DNA of 64,000 nt from contig JACPJO010000004.1 of NCBI GenBank assembly GCA_016187485.1, positions 121,349-185,348 of the forward strand, read 5' to 3'. The stretch's first letter is position 1; each line of letters starts with the position of its first letter. The stretch is from Candidatus Uhrbacteria bacterium (GTDB taxonomy: Bacteria; Patescibacteriota; Patescibacteriia; UBA9934; UBA10169). Under the pieces are notes generated by a model that made no database searches, was not told where the DNA came from, and saw only the letters and a program-made list of their open reading frames with translations. Positions 1-8,987 of the stretch are shown piece by piece. Both the position numbers and the translations under genes were made by a program.

Positions 1-843
1 CGGAACTCCCCGCGATCTGTGCAAGCGCGCTCACGTCTTTAGGAAAGCACGATCCTCCATAACCGATCCCGGCGCGCAAAAAGGCGCTCCCGATACGCGG
101 ATCCTGTCCGATGCATTGCACGATCTCGCGGATATCGGCTCCTGTACGCTCGGCAACTTCGGCAATTTCATTTACAAAGGAGATTTTCGTGGCGAGAAAC
201 GCATTGGCAGCATACTTTGCGAGTTCTGCCGACTCGAGCGATACCACAATCTTCGAGCACTCAAACGGCGCGTAGAGTTGAAGAAGAATATCGGCTCCCC
301 ACTGTTCGTCAGCACCCACCACAATACGGTCCGGTTTCATAAAATCCTCGACCGCTGTCCCCTCGCGGAGAAACTCCGGATTCGACAGTACCGTGACATG
401 CACTTGCTTCGCACTCCGGCCCACTTCCTCAAGCGCTTCCTCCACAATGGCGCGCAGATGACGGTTCGTCCCCACCGGCACGGTACTCTTGGTCACAAGG
501 TAGATGTCGTGGTTCAGAGCAAGCCCGATGGCGCGCGCGGCCGTTTCGATCGCAGAGAGATCCGCACTCCCGTTTTCTTTGGGCGGCGTTCCAACACACA
601 GAAAAACAAAACTGGCGTCACGAAGTGCCTGCGAGAGGTCGGTGGTAAATAGGAGATGCTCGTTTGCCACGGCTGACCTCACCAGCTCCGAAAGTCCAGG
701 TTCAAAGAATGGCATGCGGCCGCTCTGAAGAGCCGTAACTTTGCCCATATCCGTATCAAAACACACCACGCGATTGCCAAGCGAAGCCAGAGCTGCGCCC
801 GTGACAAGTCCTACATAGCCCGTTCCGATAATGGTGATGTCCA
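1..843 (-). CDS. Nucleotide-sugar 6-dehydrogenase (UDP-glucose/UDP-ManNAc dehydrogenase family), partial; the start codon is at 843 and the 3' end runs off the window
   Basis: Reverse-strand translation from 843 reads MDITIIGTGYVGLVTGAALASLGNRVVCFDTD...GTPPKENGSADLS...GGSCFPKD. This shows the N-terminal Rossmann GxGxxG, the catalytic Cys in GGSCFPKD and the UDPG/MGDP dehydrogenase signature. It is missing from the ORF track because no stop lies inside the window. Confidence 0.8.
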
Positions 844-950
844 TAAGGCAGAAACGCTACCACAGTCCCTTGAAAAGACAAACTCCCCAGCCATTTCAGC
901 ATTGGGGAGTTTGTACTGTGCTGTCATTCCATCACGAAAAACTGCTTTTG

Positions 951-3263
951 TCAATCCTCTTTTGTGGACAAAACGACAAAGTTAATGAGCCGGCCGGGAA
1001 CAAATACGACGCGTGCCACCTTCCTATCAGCAAGATGCCCGCCCACCTGCCTGCGAGCCTGCGTTTCCACATCCGCTTGACTCGTGTCTTTGGAAAGAGA
1101 GATGGTCGCACGCAGTTTTCCATTTACCTGTACCGCGAACTCAACGGTGACATCTTGTGCAAGCGCGGGATCATACGACGGCCATACACCATCAAAGATA
1201 GAGACCGAGTGTCCGAGCTTCTCCCAAATCTCTTCTGCAAGGTGCGGCGCATAGGGAGCCAGGATTTTCACAAACATCTCGAAAGATTCCCGGCGCACCC
1301 CATCCTGCATCGCATTGGCACAAATCATCATCTGCGCAATCGCGGTGTTAAACCGCATGGCGTCCGTGTCTTCACTCACTTTTTTTATCGTTTTGTGAAT
1401 TTCCCGCTCAACCTCCCCAACCTTTTCAACTTTTCCAGCCTTTCCAACATCTCCAACCTCCTCGCTCACCCTCCACACCCGATCTAGAAATCGTCGCACA
1501 CCGAGCACCCCATTCGTGTCCCACGGCTTCGCCTCTTCAAACGGCCCCATGAACATCTCATACATCCGCAGCGTATCGGCACCGAACGCTGCAACCACCT
1601 CGTCGGGATTGATGACGTTGCCGCGCGACTTGCTCATCTTCGCCCCATCGGGACCGAGAATCATACCTTGGTTGCGCAGTTTCAAAAACGGCTCGTCAAA
1701 AGAAATAATACCGAGGTCCTTGAGCGCGTAGCAGAAGAACCGCGCATAAAGGAGATGCAGCACCGCATGCTCGACCCCGCCTACGTATAGATCCACCGGG
1801 CACCAATAGTCCAGAGACTTCGCATCGGCAAACTTCTTTTCATTCGTCGGATCGACATACCGCAAGAAATACCAACTGGAGTCCACGAACGTGTCCATCG
1901 TATCGACTTCAAAACGCCACCCCTTGCCATACAGCTTCTCCGCACGCTTGGCGTACTCCTCTGATCGCGCAATGGGAGATTCGCCCGTGGGTCGAAAATC
2001 CACATCGGTGGGAAGCAGAAGCGGCAAATGTTTTTCTTTCACGGGGTGTGGCTGGCCCTCTGGATCGTAGACAATCGGAATGGGCGCGCCCCAAAAGCGC
2101 TGACGCGACACAAGCCAGTCGCGTAGACGGTACGTCGTTTTCTTAGTTCCAAAGTTATTCTCTTCTGGAACAATATTTTTGATGGGAAGGTTGTAGATCT
2201 CGGCAAAAGCGCGGTCACGTTCGTCGTGTGCAGGAACAGCCATGATAGCGCCCACTCCATAGGACGCGAGGACATAATCGGCAATCCATATGGGAATGTT
2301 CTCCCCTGTTGCCGGATTGATGGCATAGGACCCCGTAAACACGCCGGTCTTCTCGCGAGAAAGTTCGGCGCGTTCGAGCGCGGTTTTTTTAGCAGCAGAT
2401 TTTTTGTAAGCTTCCACCTCCTCTTCGCGCGCACTTGTTGTAAGTTCTCCCACAAGCGGATGCTCGGGCGCCAACACAAGATACGTCGCCCCAAAGATGG
2501 TGTCAGGACGCGTGGTGAACACACGGACAGCTGCCGGCTGCCGGTTGCCAGCTACCAGAAGAAAATCAATCTCGACGCCCTCGCTTCTGCCAATCCAATT
2601 CCTCTGCATGGCCTTCAACCGCTCCGGCCAATCAAGATGTTCGAGACCAGCCAGCAACTCCTCGGCGTACTTTGTGATGCGGAAGAACCACTGCTCGAGT
2701 TCCTTTTGCACAACAGGGTTGTGGCAACGATCACACCTCCCGTCTACAACCTGCTCGTTCGCAAGCACCGTGTGGCACGACTCACACCAATTCACCGGCG
2801 CCTTTGCTTTGTACGCCAAGCCCGCTTCATACAGTTTCAAAAAAATCCATTGCGTCCATTTGTAATAAGCGGGATCGGCCGTGGAGAGAGTGCGCGACCA
2901 GTCAAAGGAGAGGCCGACAGATTTCATTTGCCGCGTGAAATTCTCTATCGCCGCCTTTGTCGTCTCTGCAGGATGAGTACCGGATTTGATGGCATAGTTT
3001 TCTGCCGGTAAACCGAAAGCATCAAACCCGATGGGAAAGAGCACGTGCTTCCCCTCCATCCGCGCTTTGCGCGTCATGATATCCACGCCGGTGTAGGATT
3101 CCACATGCCCCACATGGAGTCCCGCTCCCGAAGGATACGGAAACATAACCAAGTGATACCGCGCATCCTCGCGTTTCCTTTTTTCCTCTGTCACTTCTCC
3201 CGCATGATTCTTCTCCCATCTTTTTTGCCATTTCGGTTCAATCTCTCGGTGATTGTAGGGCAT
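951..3263 (-). CDS. leuS: Leucyl-tRNA synthetase
   Basis: 770-aa ORF with the class I HIGH-type motif ([16 protein letters not shown]), the KMSKS motif ([11 protein letters not shown]) and the typical LeuRS N-terminus (..[12 protein letters not shown]..). Confidence 0.9.
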   Translation of the reverse strand: MPYNHREIEPKWQKRWEKNHAGEVTEEKRKREDARYHLVMFPYPSGAGLHVGHVESYTGVDIMTRKARMEGKHVLFPIGFDAFGLPAENYAIKSGTHPAETTKAAIENFTRQMKSVGLSFDWSRTLSTADPAYYKWTQWIFLKLYEAGLAYKAKAPVNWCESCHTVLANEQVVDGRCDRCHNPVVQKELEQWFFRITKYAEELLAGLEHLDWPERLKAMQRNWIGRSEGVEIDFLLVAGNRQPAAVRVFTTRPDTIFGATYLVLAPEHPLVGELTTSAREEEVEAYKKSAAKKTALERAELSREKTGVFTGSYAINPATGENIPIWIADYVLASYGVGAIMAVPAHDERDRAFAEIYNLPIKNIVPEENNFGTKKTTYRLRDWLVSRQRFWGAPIPIVYDPEGQPHPVKEKHLPLLLPTDVDFRPTGESPIARSEEYAKRAEKLYGKGWRFEVDTMDTFVDSSWYFLRYVDPTNEKKFADAKSLDYWCPVDLYVGGVEHAVLHLLYARFFCYALKDLGIISFDEPFLKLRNQGMILGPDGAKMSKSRGNVINPDEVVAAFGADTLRMYEMFMGPFEEAKPWDTNGVLGVRRFLDRVWRVSEEVGDVGKAGKVEKVGEVEREIHKTIKKVSEDTDAMRFNTAIAQMMICANAMQDGVRRESFEMFVKILAPYAPHLAEEIWEKLGHSVSIFDGVWPSYDPALAQDVTVEFAVQVNGKLRATISLSKDTSQADVETQARRQVGGHLADRKVARVVFVPGRLINFVVLSTKED

Positions 3264-3316
3264 AACGGAGAAAGTATAGCAGGGACCAGAGACCGGGGGC
3301 CAGCGACCAGAAGAAG

Positions 3317-4498
3317 CTAAAGCGCCAGGGCGTTCACTGCGTCGTGGAGGATGCGCGCTGCCTGGCGAGCTTCGCTTGAAGAGAGGGAGAGCGGTGGGGA
3401 GAAGAAGAGCGTGCGAGAATCGGAAAACGCGACGAGCGCTCCTCGACGCACACAGCGTAAAAAGATGAGGGGTGCGATGGGACGCTTGAACTCGATGGCG
3501 AAGACCATGCCGATGCCACGTACCTCCTTCACCTGCTTGAGCGCCTTCAGGGGCTCGAGAAGTTTGAGAAGCTCGGCGCCAACGCGGCGAGAATTTTCAA
3601 CAAGCCTCTCATCCCGGATAAGCCGAACATTTTCTCGCACCGCCGCCAAATCCTGCGCGAGCCACCCAAACGTCGCATAGACGGGAATACCCCTGGCGCG
3701 TCGCCACACACGTTCGGTGACAAGTGTTGCCGCCATCGTAGCGTATCCGCCCGTAAATGATTTTCCAAGACAGATAATGTCGGGCTCAATTCCCCACCAC
3801 TCGCTTGCAAACATTTTTCCGGTACGTCCCACCCCTGTGGCCACCTCGTCCATGACAAGAAGCACACCGTGCTTGCGACAGACTCTCTCGATGGCGGGAT
3901 AAAAATCAGCGGGAGGAATGAAGCAACCGGCGTTTGTCCAAATCGGCTCGCTCATGAACGCGGCGATGTTGCGGCGTCGGCAGAGTTTTTCAAATTGCTT
4001 TACGACCTTGCGCGCCTCATCGTCCGTCTTTGGAAGCGGAAGCGAGACAAATCCCGGCAGACGTGGCGCCATCGTTCTCTGCCACGCGTACCCGAGCGAG
4101 GCCGCTCCGTAGGTGTGCCCGTGCCAGGTGTCGCCAATAGAGACGACTGTTTGTTTTCCCGTCGCGGCGCGTGCGCACTTGATGGCGAACTCCACCGCTT
4201 CCGAACCGCTCGTACAGCGAATGGCACGGTTCATCTTCCCCGGAGCCATACGGCAGAGTTCCTTCGCAAACACTTCCTGATCGTCGTCGTGGAATAGCGC
4301 CGGAATGTAAAGGCCCCGACGTCCTTGCGCCGCGATCGCTCTCGCCATCCCCGGATGCGCCCAGCCGACGGTCGCCACACACCACCCGCCGACGAGATCG
4401 AGATACTTCTTCCCTTTCTTATCCCACAGAAACGACCCTTTCCCCTTCACGATACGGACGGGATTGTAGTCAAAAACTTGAGCGATGTGCGAAGTCAT
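3317..4498 (-). CDS. Class III (PLP-dependent) aminotransferase, BioA-like
   Basis: 393 aa with DEVATGVGRTG and DIICLGKSFTGGY (the PLP-lysine block) and a ...MAATLVTERVW tail like BioA/ArgD-family enzymes. Confidence 0.75.
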   Translation of the reverse strand: MTSHIAQVFDYNPVRIVKGKGSFLWDKKGKKYLDLVGGWCVATVGWAHPGMARAIAAQGRRGLYIPALFHDDDQEVFAKELCRMAPGKMNRAIRCTSGSEAVEFAIKCARAATGKQTVVSIGDTWHGHTYGAASLGYAWQRTMAPRLPGFVSLPLPKTDDEARKVVKQFEKLCRRRNIAAFMSEPIWTNAGCFIPPADFYPAIERVCRKHGVLLVMDEVATGVGRTGKMFASEWWGIEPDIICLGKSFTGGYATMAATLVTERVWRRARGIPVYATFGWLAQDLAAVRENVRLIRDERLVENSRRVGAELLKLLEPLKALKQVKEVRGIGMVFAIEFKRPIAPLIFLRCVRRGALVAFSDSRTLFFSPPLSLSSSEARQAARILHDAVNALAL

Positions 4499-4588
4499 AG
4501 GCCCTAAGTATAACCTTGACCCGATGAAAAAACCACGCTATCCTATGGCGTCCGTGGCAATCACGCCCCGGATACATGTGGAGGGGCC

Positions 4589-5359
4589 ATGCCCCATCAA
4601 AAGGACGAAGCTAGCCTGAAGGCACTCATCATCGTCGTGGGAATCGCCCTCGTGGCGACCAGCGTGTGGTTCGTCGTGGCCACCGACCTCCGTTTCGAGG
4701 ACATCGGGCCCGCGGCAAGCAGGGAGCCCACCCCGCCGCCCGAGGCGGTGGTGGAGCCGGTTCCCGTCGACGTGAACACTCCGGAGTGGGATAGCCCTCT
4801 CGAAGGACTCCATGTCGTCTCCCTGCGGCCTGGGTACGAAGGCGAAACGGCATTCGTCGCCATCAAGCTCGAGTCGGAGGGCAGTAGCATCGTCACGGTA
4901 GGCGCGTGCCCGGACGACCCGAACCCCCAGGTGGTGGTGGACCAGAGCGCCGTGGGCGGAGAACCGCCCGAACAGGACGGCAACGTCAGACGCGTGGACG
5001 GCCTCACCGGCAAGACGCTGCCGCCGCGCGCGATGTGCGCCACGTCGTACCTGGTGCAGATTGCCAACCAGCAGGTTGCCGTGGACAAGCCGTTTTTCCA
5101 GGTGATCGTGCCCGTCGAAGAGCTTCGCCAGGGGCTCAAGATCACGGCTCCTGCGAAGATCACGAAGGTCACCCACGACAAGATCCTCTTCCCACGGATA
5201 GAGAAGTTCTCAACCCGTACCGAGTACACGTTGGAAGGTGAAGCGACTCACGTGGTCCGCGACGTTCCGAAGGACCCCGAGGAGGCCGTGCCCGTCACCT
5301 TCACCTACACGGCGAAGGTGACCGAACTTCCCGACAGTGAACGGCAACAAGTGCCATAG
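4589..5359 (+). CDS. Hypothetical membrane-anchored or secreted protein
   Basis: GGAGGGG Shine-Dalgarno sequence 6 nt upstream of the ATG. N-terminal TM/signal-anchor (ALIIVVGIALVATSVWFVVA) followed by a Pro-rich linker. TTGACC-17-TATCCT promoter-like hexamers at 4515-4543. The overlapping minus-strand ORFs are judged shadows. Confidence 0.45.
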   Translation: MPHQKDEASLKALIIVVGIALVATSVWFVVATDLRFEDIGPAASREPTPPPEAVVEPVPVDVNTPEWDSPLEGLHVVSLRPGYEGETAFVAIKLESEGSSIVTVGACPDDPNPQVVVDQSAVGGEPPEQDGNVRRVDGLTGKTLPPRAMCATSYLVQIANQQVAVDKPFFQVIVPVEELRQGLKITAPAKITKVTHDKILFPRIEKFSTRTEYTLEGEATHVVRDVPKDPEEAVPVTFTYTAKVTELPDSERQQVP

Positions 5360-5370
5360 AGGAGACCGCC

Positions 5371-5562
5371 ATGCACGCAGACGAGAAAGACCGACTGACG
5401 CTACCGCGAGTGGAGAGCCAAGACGCGCCGCCCCGGGCACCCGAACCGGAATGGTCGAACCCCGACCGCGTCCCCGGCAGCATCATCCTGCACGTGAGCG
5501 GCCCACCCACCCTCAACCCCGCCGAGTTCCTCCGTTTGGAGGCTCTGGCCCCCATGATCTAG
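5371..5562 (+). CDS. Small hypothetical protein (63 aa)
   Basis: Follows the previous ORF by 11 nt with a GGAG upstream. It is followed by a terminator hairpin. No homology recognised. Confidence 0.3.
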   Translation: MHADEKDRLTLPRVESQDAPPRAPEPEWSNPDRVPGSIILHVSGPPTLNPAEFLRLEALAPMI

Positions 5563-5590
5563 CCGCCACAGCGGCAATGTCCTTTCTTCC

Positions 5591-5615
5591 AAACCGGCCC
5601 CCGCCGGTTTTTCCA
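5591..5615 (+). terminator. Rho-independent terminator (AAACCGGCcccCGCCGGTTT + TTCCATTTT)
   Basis: 8-bp GC-rich stem with a 4-nt loop, directly followed by a T-rich tract, 30 nt after the stop of the 63-aa ORF. Confidence 0.5.
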
Positions 5616-5630
5616 TTTTGTTACATGTCT

Positions 5631-5741
5631 CTTAGTGATCACTTAGAGAGAAAGATCAGGCGAGAGGACTTTTTGTTCTTACTTTAGAGATATTTTCAGT
5701 CAACCCCACTTATCCTCACTTAGTGATCACTTAGAGAGAAA
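5631..5741. repeat. Two direct copies of a 24-bp element, CTTAGTGATCACTTAGAGAGAAAG (5631-5654 and 5718-5741), each containing the perfect 10-bp palindrome AGTGATCACT
   Basis: Read directly. The copies are identical, lie about 63 bp apart in the intergenic region upstream of the 5862 ORF, and a further CTTAGAGAG follows at about 5755. Confidence 0.65.
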
Positions 5742-5861
5742 GCGGGCATGATGACTTAGAGAGCAAATGAGAGGCTTCGTCGCTTGCAAAAATCAAAATT
5801 TCCTGCTAGGTTCCCCTTATTCCAAGCCGGTGCTTGGATGGAGGACCTTGCCATGTCTGTG

Positions 5862-6332
5862 CGACCCGACCCCAACCTCTCCACCGAGGCCAACCGGATC
5901 GGAATCACCCGTCTCGAATCGGAGGCTGCCTGGCACGACTTCCGGCGCCTGTCCCAACTGCTCACCACGCATCTCGTGACCTTCCTGCGCGGGATCCACA
6001 ACCAAGACCCCCGCAACATGGGGCTCGCAGTGTCGCGCCTCTCCGCCAACGCGATCACCCTCTACATCACCCGCAACTGCAACGTACGAGAGGTGGCCGC
6101 GGGTCTGGAGATGCTCGATATCTCCTCTCGGGAGGAACGGCGCGTCAGCTTCTCCATCGTCGTCCGCGACGGCGCGCTCTGGGTCATGGACACCGATGGG
6201 GTCCGCAGTGGGAGCTCCTTCGACGAGATCCACGATGCGCTCCTCGCGCAGATCTGCGACTGGCTCCGCTTCCCCGTCCCCCCGCACCTCCTGCGCAACC
6301 GGCTCCGCGTCGAGCAGGGTCCGACCCCCTAG
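5862..6332 (+). CDS. Hypothetical protein (about 156 aa)
   Basis: ATG at 5862 preceded by GGAGGA. The ORF-track start at 5784 is an upstream extension without an RBS. GC about 64%. No recognisable domain. Confidence 0.4.
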   Translation, partial: RPDPNLSTEANRIGITRLESEAAWHDFRRLSQLLTTHLVTFLRGIHNQDPRNMGLAVSRLSANAITLYITRNCNVREVAAGLEMLDISSREERRVSFSIVVRDGALWVMDTDGVRSGSSFDEIHDALLAQICDWLRFPVPPHLLRNRLRVEQGPTP

Positions 6333-6439
6333 CCAGACCCTCCCGCTCTTGTCACCGGTCTCGACCACCCCTCGGTGGTCTTTCCATTTAAATTCAAACT
6401 TATCCCTATTAAGGGTCAGACCCTTGATGGGGATAAGTC

Positions 6440-7657
6440 CTATTCCATAGCCTCGGCCAGTCGCTCAAGCGCCAAAATGAATGCTCCTCGGCGGAGGTCC
6501 GTCTTCGCCGCTGTCGCACGATCAAAAACGGCACGAGCCTGCTCGCGCATAAGCGGTTCTAATTTTGCAAAAACGTCCACTTCGCTCCAGTGCTCTCCTT
6601 GTAAGTTTTGTTCCCACTCGAAATACGATCCAGTGACGCCGCCGGAGTTCGCCAAAATATCCGGAACCACCGGGATCCCGCGGGCAAACAGGATGTCATC
6701 CGCCTCCACATTCGTGGGGCCGTTCGCAAGCTCAAAGATGACGCTCGCCCGTATCGCCGCCGCGTTGTCCTTTGTGATTTGATTTTCAAGCGCCGCGGGA
6801 ATCAGCACGTCGCAATCGCTTGTGAGAAGTTCCGCGTTTGAGATGGTCTGCGACCCCGCAAAGCCCGTGACGGATTCCGTGGTTTTCTTGTGCGCCTCAA
6901 GATCTGCCGGATCAATCCCGTCTGCTTTGTAGATTGCTCCTTTGGAGTCAGACGCCGCAGTAAGCGTGTGTCCCGCTTGCGTCCAGAGATACGCGGCGTG
7001 GAGTCCTGCATTTCCAAACCCTTGAATAGCTACGCGACAGTGCTCCGGCAAACTCAAACGCCCGCGCAATTCTTCAAACACATAAAACCCGCCTTGCGCA
7101 GTGGACGTTCCACGTCCCTCCGATCCGCCGTGCTCAATCGGTTTACCCGTGATCACTGCTCCGCTCATGTCCCCCGTGATTTTTCCAAACTCGTCCGACA
7201 TCCACGCCATGATCTCCGGCGTCGTGTTCACGTCGGGCGCCGGAACATCCTTGCGAGGTCCGAGCACATCGGCCAGGGCGCGCACCCACCCACGCGACAA
7301 ACGTTCAAGTTCTCCTTTGGATAACGTTTTGGGGTTCACCGTTACGCCTCCTTTGCCCCCACCCATCGGAATCCCTGCGACGGCGCACTTCATCGTCATC
7401 CAAAGAGAGAGCGCCCGCACTTCGTTGATCTCTACTTGTTCGTGATAGCGAATCCCTCCTTTGTAAGGACCGCGAGCGTTGTTGTGCTCTACGCGAAAAC
7501 CCGTAAACATTCGTAGCGTGCCGTCATCCATACGCACCGGGATGGAAACCATGATCTCCCGGTCGGGGTGGCGTAGACGCTCAAGCACGTCATGAGGAAG
7601 ATGCGTGAGAGATGCGGCACGGTCAAGTTGTGTAAGGGCAGTTTCAAATGCAGACAT
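6440..7657 (-). CDS. gdhA: Glutamate dehydrogenase (Glu/Leu/Phe/Val dehydrogenase family)
   Basis: 405 aa with the GDH active-site block (..GPYKGGIRYHEQV..MTMKCAVAGIPMGGGKGG..) and a C-terminal NAD-binding domain (GFGNAG). Confidence 0.9.
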   Translation of the reverse strand: MSAFETALTQLDRAASLTHLPHDVLERLRHPDREIMVSIPVRMDDGTLRMFTGFRVEHNNARGPYKGGIRYHEQVEINEVRALSLWMTMKCAVAGIPMGGGKGGVTVNPKTLSKGELERLSRGWVRALADVLGPRKDVPAPDVNTTPEIMAWMSDEFGKITGDMSGAVITGKPIEHGGSEGRGTSTAQGGFYVFEELRGRLSLPEHCRVAIQGFGNAGLHAAYLWTQAGHTLTAASDSKGAIYKADGIDPADLEAHKKTTESVTGFAGSQTISNAELLTSDCDVLIPAALENQITKDNAAAIRASVIFELANGPTNVEADDILFARGIPVVPDILANSGGVTGSYFEWEQNLQGEHWSEVDVFAKLEPLMREQARAVFDRATAAKTDLRRGAFILALERLAEAME

Positions 7658-7687
7658 AGAGAGTGTAGTGAAGACAATAGGAAGATA

Positions 7688-8611
7688 CTATTCCTCCTGA
7701 GCCGACAGCCACCGTTCCACATCCATCGCCGCCATGCAGCCCATACCGGCGGCAGTCACTGCCTGGCGATAGACGTGATCCGAGACATCCCCTGCCACAA
7801 ACACACCCGGAATCGCCGTAGCACTTGAATCCGGTTTGTGCACAAGATACCCCTTCACATCGAGTTCAAGTTGGCCCCGGAACAACTCGGTATTCGGCTT
7901 GTGCCCAATCGCCGCAAAATATCCCTGTACGCCAAGCTCGGAGATCTCCTTCGTTTGACTGTTCATGATCCGCACGCCCGTTACGTGGTCCTCTCCAAGA
8001 ACTTCTTGCGCCTCTGTGTTGAACAACACCTGAATCTTCGGGTTGGAGAATACCCTCTGCTGCATGATCTTGCTTGCTTTCATCTCCTCTTTACGCACTA
8101 ATACATATGCCTTGTTGACGAATTTCGTGAGAAATGTGGATTCTTCCGCCGCCGAATCTCCCCCGCCAATCACAACCACATCCTTGCCTTTAAAGAAAAA
8201 CCCGTCGCATGTCGCGCAGGCCGAAACACCCTTTCCCATCAATCGCTCTTCTCCGGGAATACCGAGCCACATGGCTGAAGCACCCGTGGCCACAATTACC
8301 GCTTCCGCTTCATGTGTCTCTTTTGCCGTGGAGATGGCAAACGGTCGCTTGGAAAAATCCACCGCCGTGACCTGTTCAGAAATTACCTTCGTGCCAAATC
8401 GAACCGCTTGCTGTTTGAACTGCTCCATGAGTTCGGGCCCCATGATACCACCCGGAAACCCGGGGTAATTTTCTACTTCAGAAGTAATAGTGAGTTGTCC
8501 GCCCGGCTGCGGCCCCTCAAATAAGACCGTGGGAATTTCCGCACGCGTGGCATACAGCGCCGCCGTCCAGCCCGCCGGTCCCGCACCGATAATCATGAGC
8601 TTGGACGTCAT
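7688..8611 (-). CDS. trxB: Thioredoxin-disulfide reductase
   Basis: MIIGAGPAGWTAALYA FAD site, redox-active CATCDG, and a second GGGDSAAEE NADPH-binding motif. Confidence 0.9.
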   Translation of the reverse strand: MTSKLMIIGAGPAGWTAALYATRAEIPTVLFEGPQPGGQLTITSEVENYPGFPGGIMGPELMEQFKQQAVRFGTKVISEQVTAVDFSKRPFAISTAKETHEAEAVIVATGASAMWLGIPGEERLMGKGVSACATCDGFFFKGKDVVVIGGGDSAAEESTFLTKFVNKAYVLVRKEEMKASKIMQQRVFSNPKIQVLFNTEAQEVLGEDHVTGVRIMNSQTKEISELGVQGYFAAIGHKPNTELFRGQLELDVKGYLVHKPDSSATAIPGVFVAGDVSDHVYRQAVTAAGMGCMAAMDVERWLSAQEE

Positions 8612-8612
8612 A

Positions 8613-8987
8613 CTAGACGTGTGCAGAAACCTTCTCCATCATCTGCTCTTTACTCACGGCGCCGGAAAATTGCTCAACTACTCGGCCACCCTTGAAAATA
8701 AGAAACGTTGGAATGGAAAGAATATTGAATTGCTGTGCCAAGTCCCCTTGTTCATCCACGTTCACTTTCCCCACGGTAAGCTTTCCTGCGAGGTCTTTTG
8801 CCACTTCCTCCACAATGGGACCAACCACTTTGCACGGGCCGCACCACGGCGCCCAAAAATCCACGAGCACCGGCCCTGAAGCTTGGAGCACTTCTTGAGT
8901 AAAGTTCTGCGAGGTAAGAGTGAGAGGCATAGAGGAAAATAAAAAGCAGAGGTATGGTAATCCAAACCTCTGCGGGGTGCAACACAC
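8613..8987 (-). CDS. trxA: Thioredoxin. The ATG at 8987 abuts the infB stop (translational coupling). An alternative internal start at 8930 gives a canonical 105-aa thioredoxin.
   Basis: WAPWCGPCK active site and a Trx-fold C-terminus. The 1-nt gap to trxB and 0-nt gap to infB indicate an infB-trxA-trxB operon. Confidence 0.85.
   Translation of the reverse strand: MCCTPQRFGLPYLCFLFSSMPLTLTSQNFTQEVLQASGPVLVDFWAPWCGPCKVVGPIVEEVAKDLAGKLTVGKVNVDEQGDLAQQFNILSIPTFLIFKGGRVVEQFSGAVSKEQMMEKVSAHV

Noticed and set aside
116-1487. Plus-strand ORFs 116..652, 504..728 and 831..1487
   Set aside because: They overlap the clearly recognisable minus-strand nucleotide-sugar dehydrogenase (1-843) and leuS 3' end. 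Their composition is Arg/His-rich and junk-like.
4538-5440. Minus-strand ORFs 4538..5176, 4597..5229, 4629..4853 and 5210..5440
   Set aside because: They are mutually overlapping frames in GC-rich DNA. None has an RBS. The plus-strand ORF has a GGAGGGG RBS, a TM anchor and a downstream terminator.
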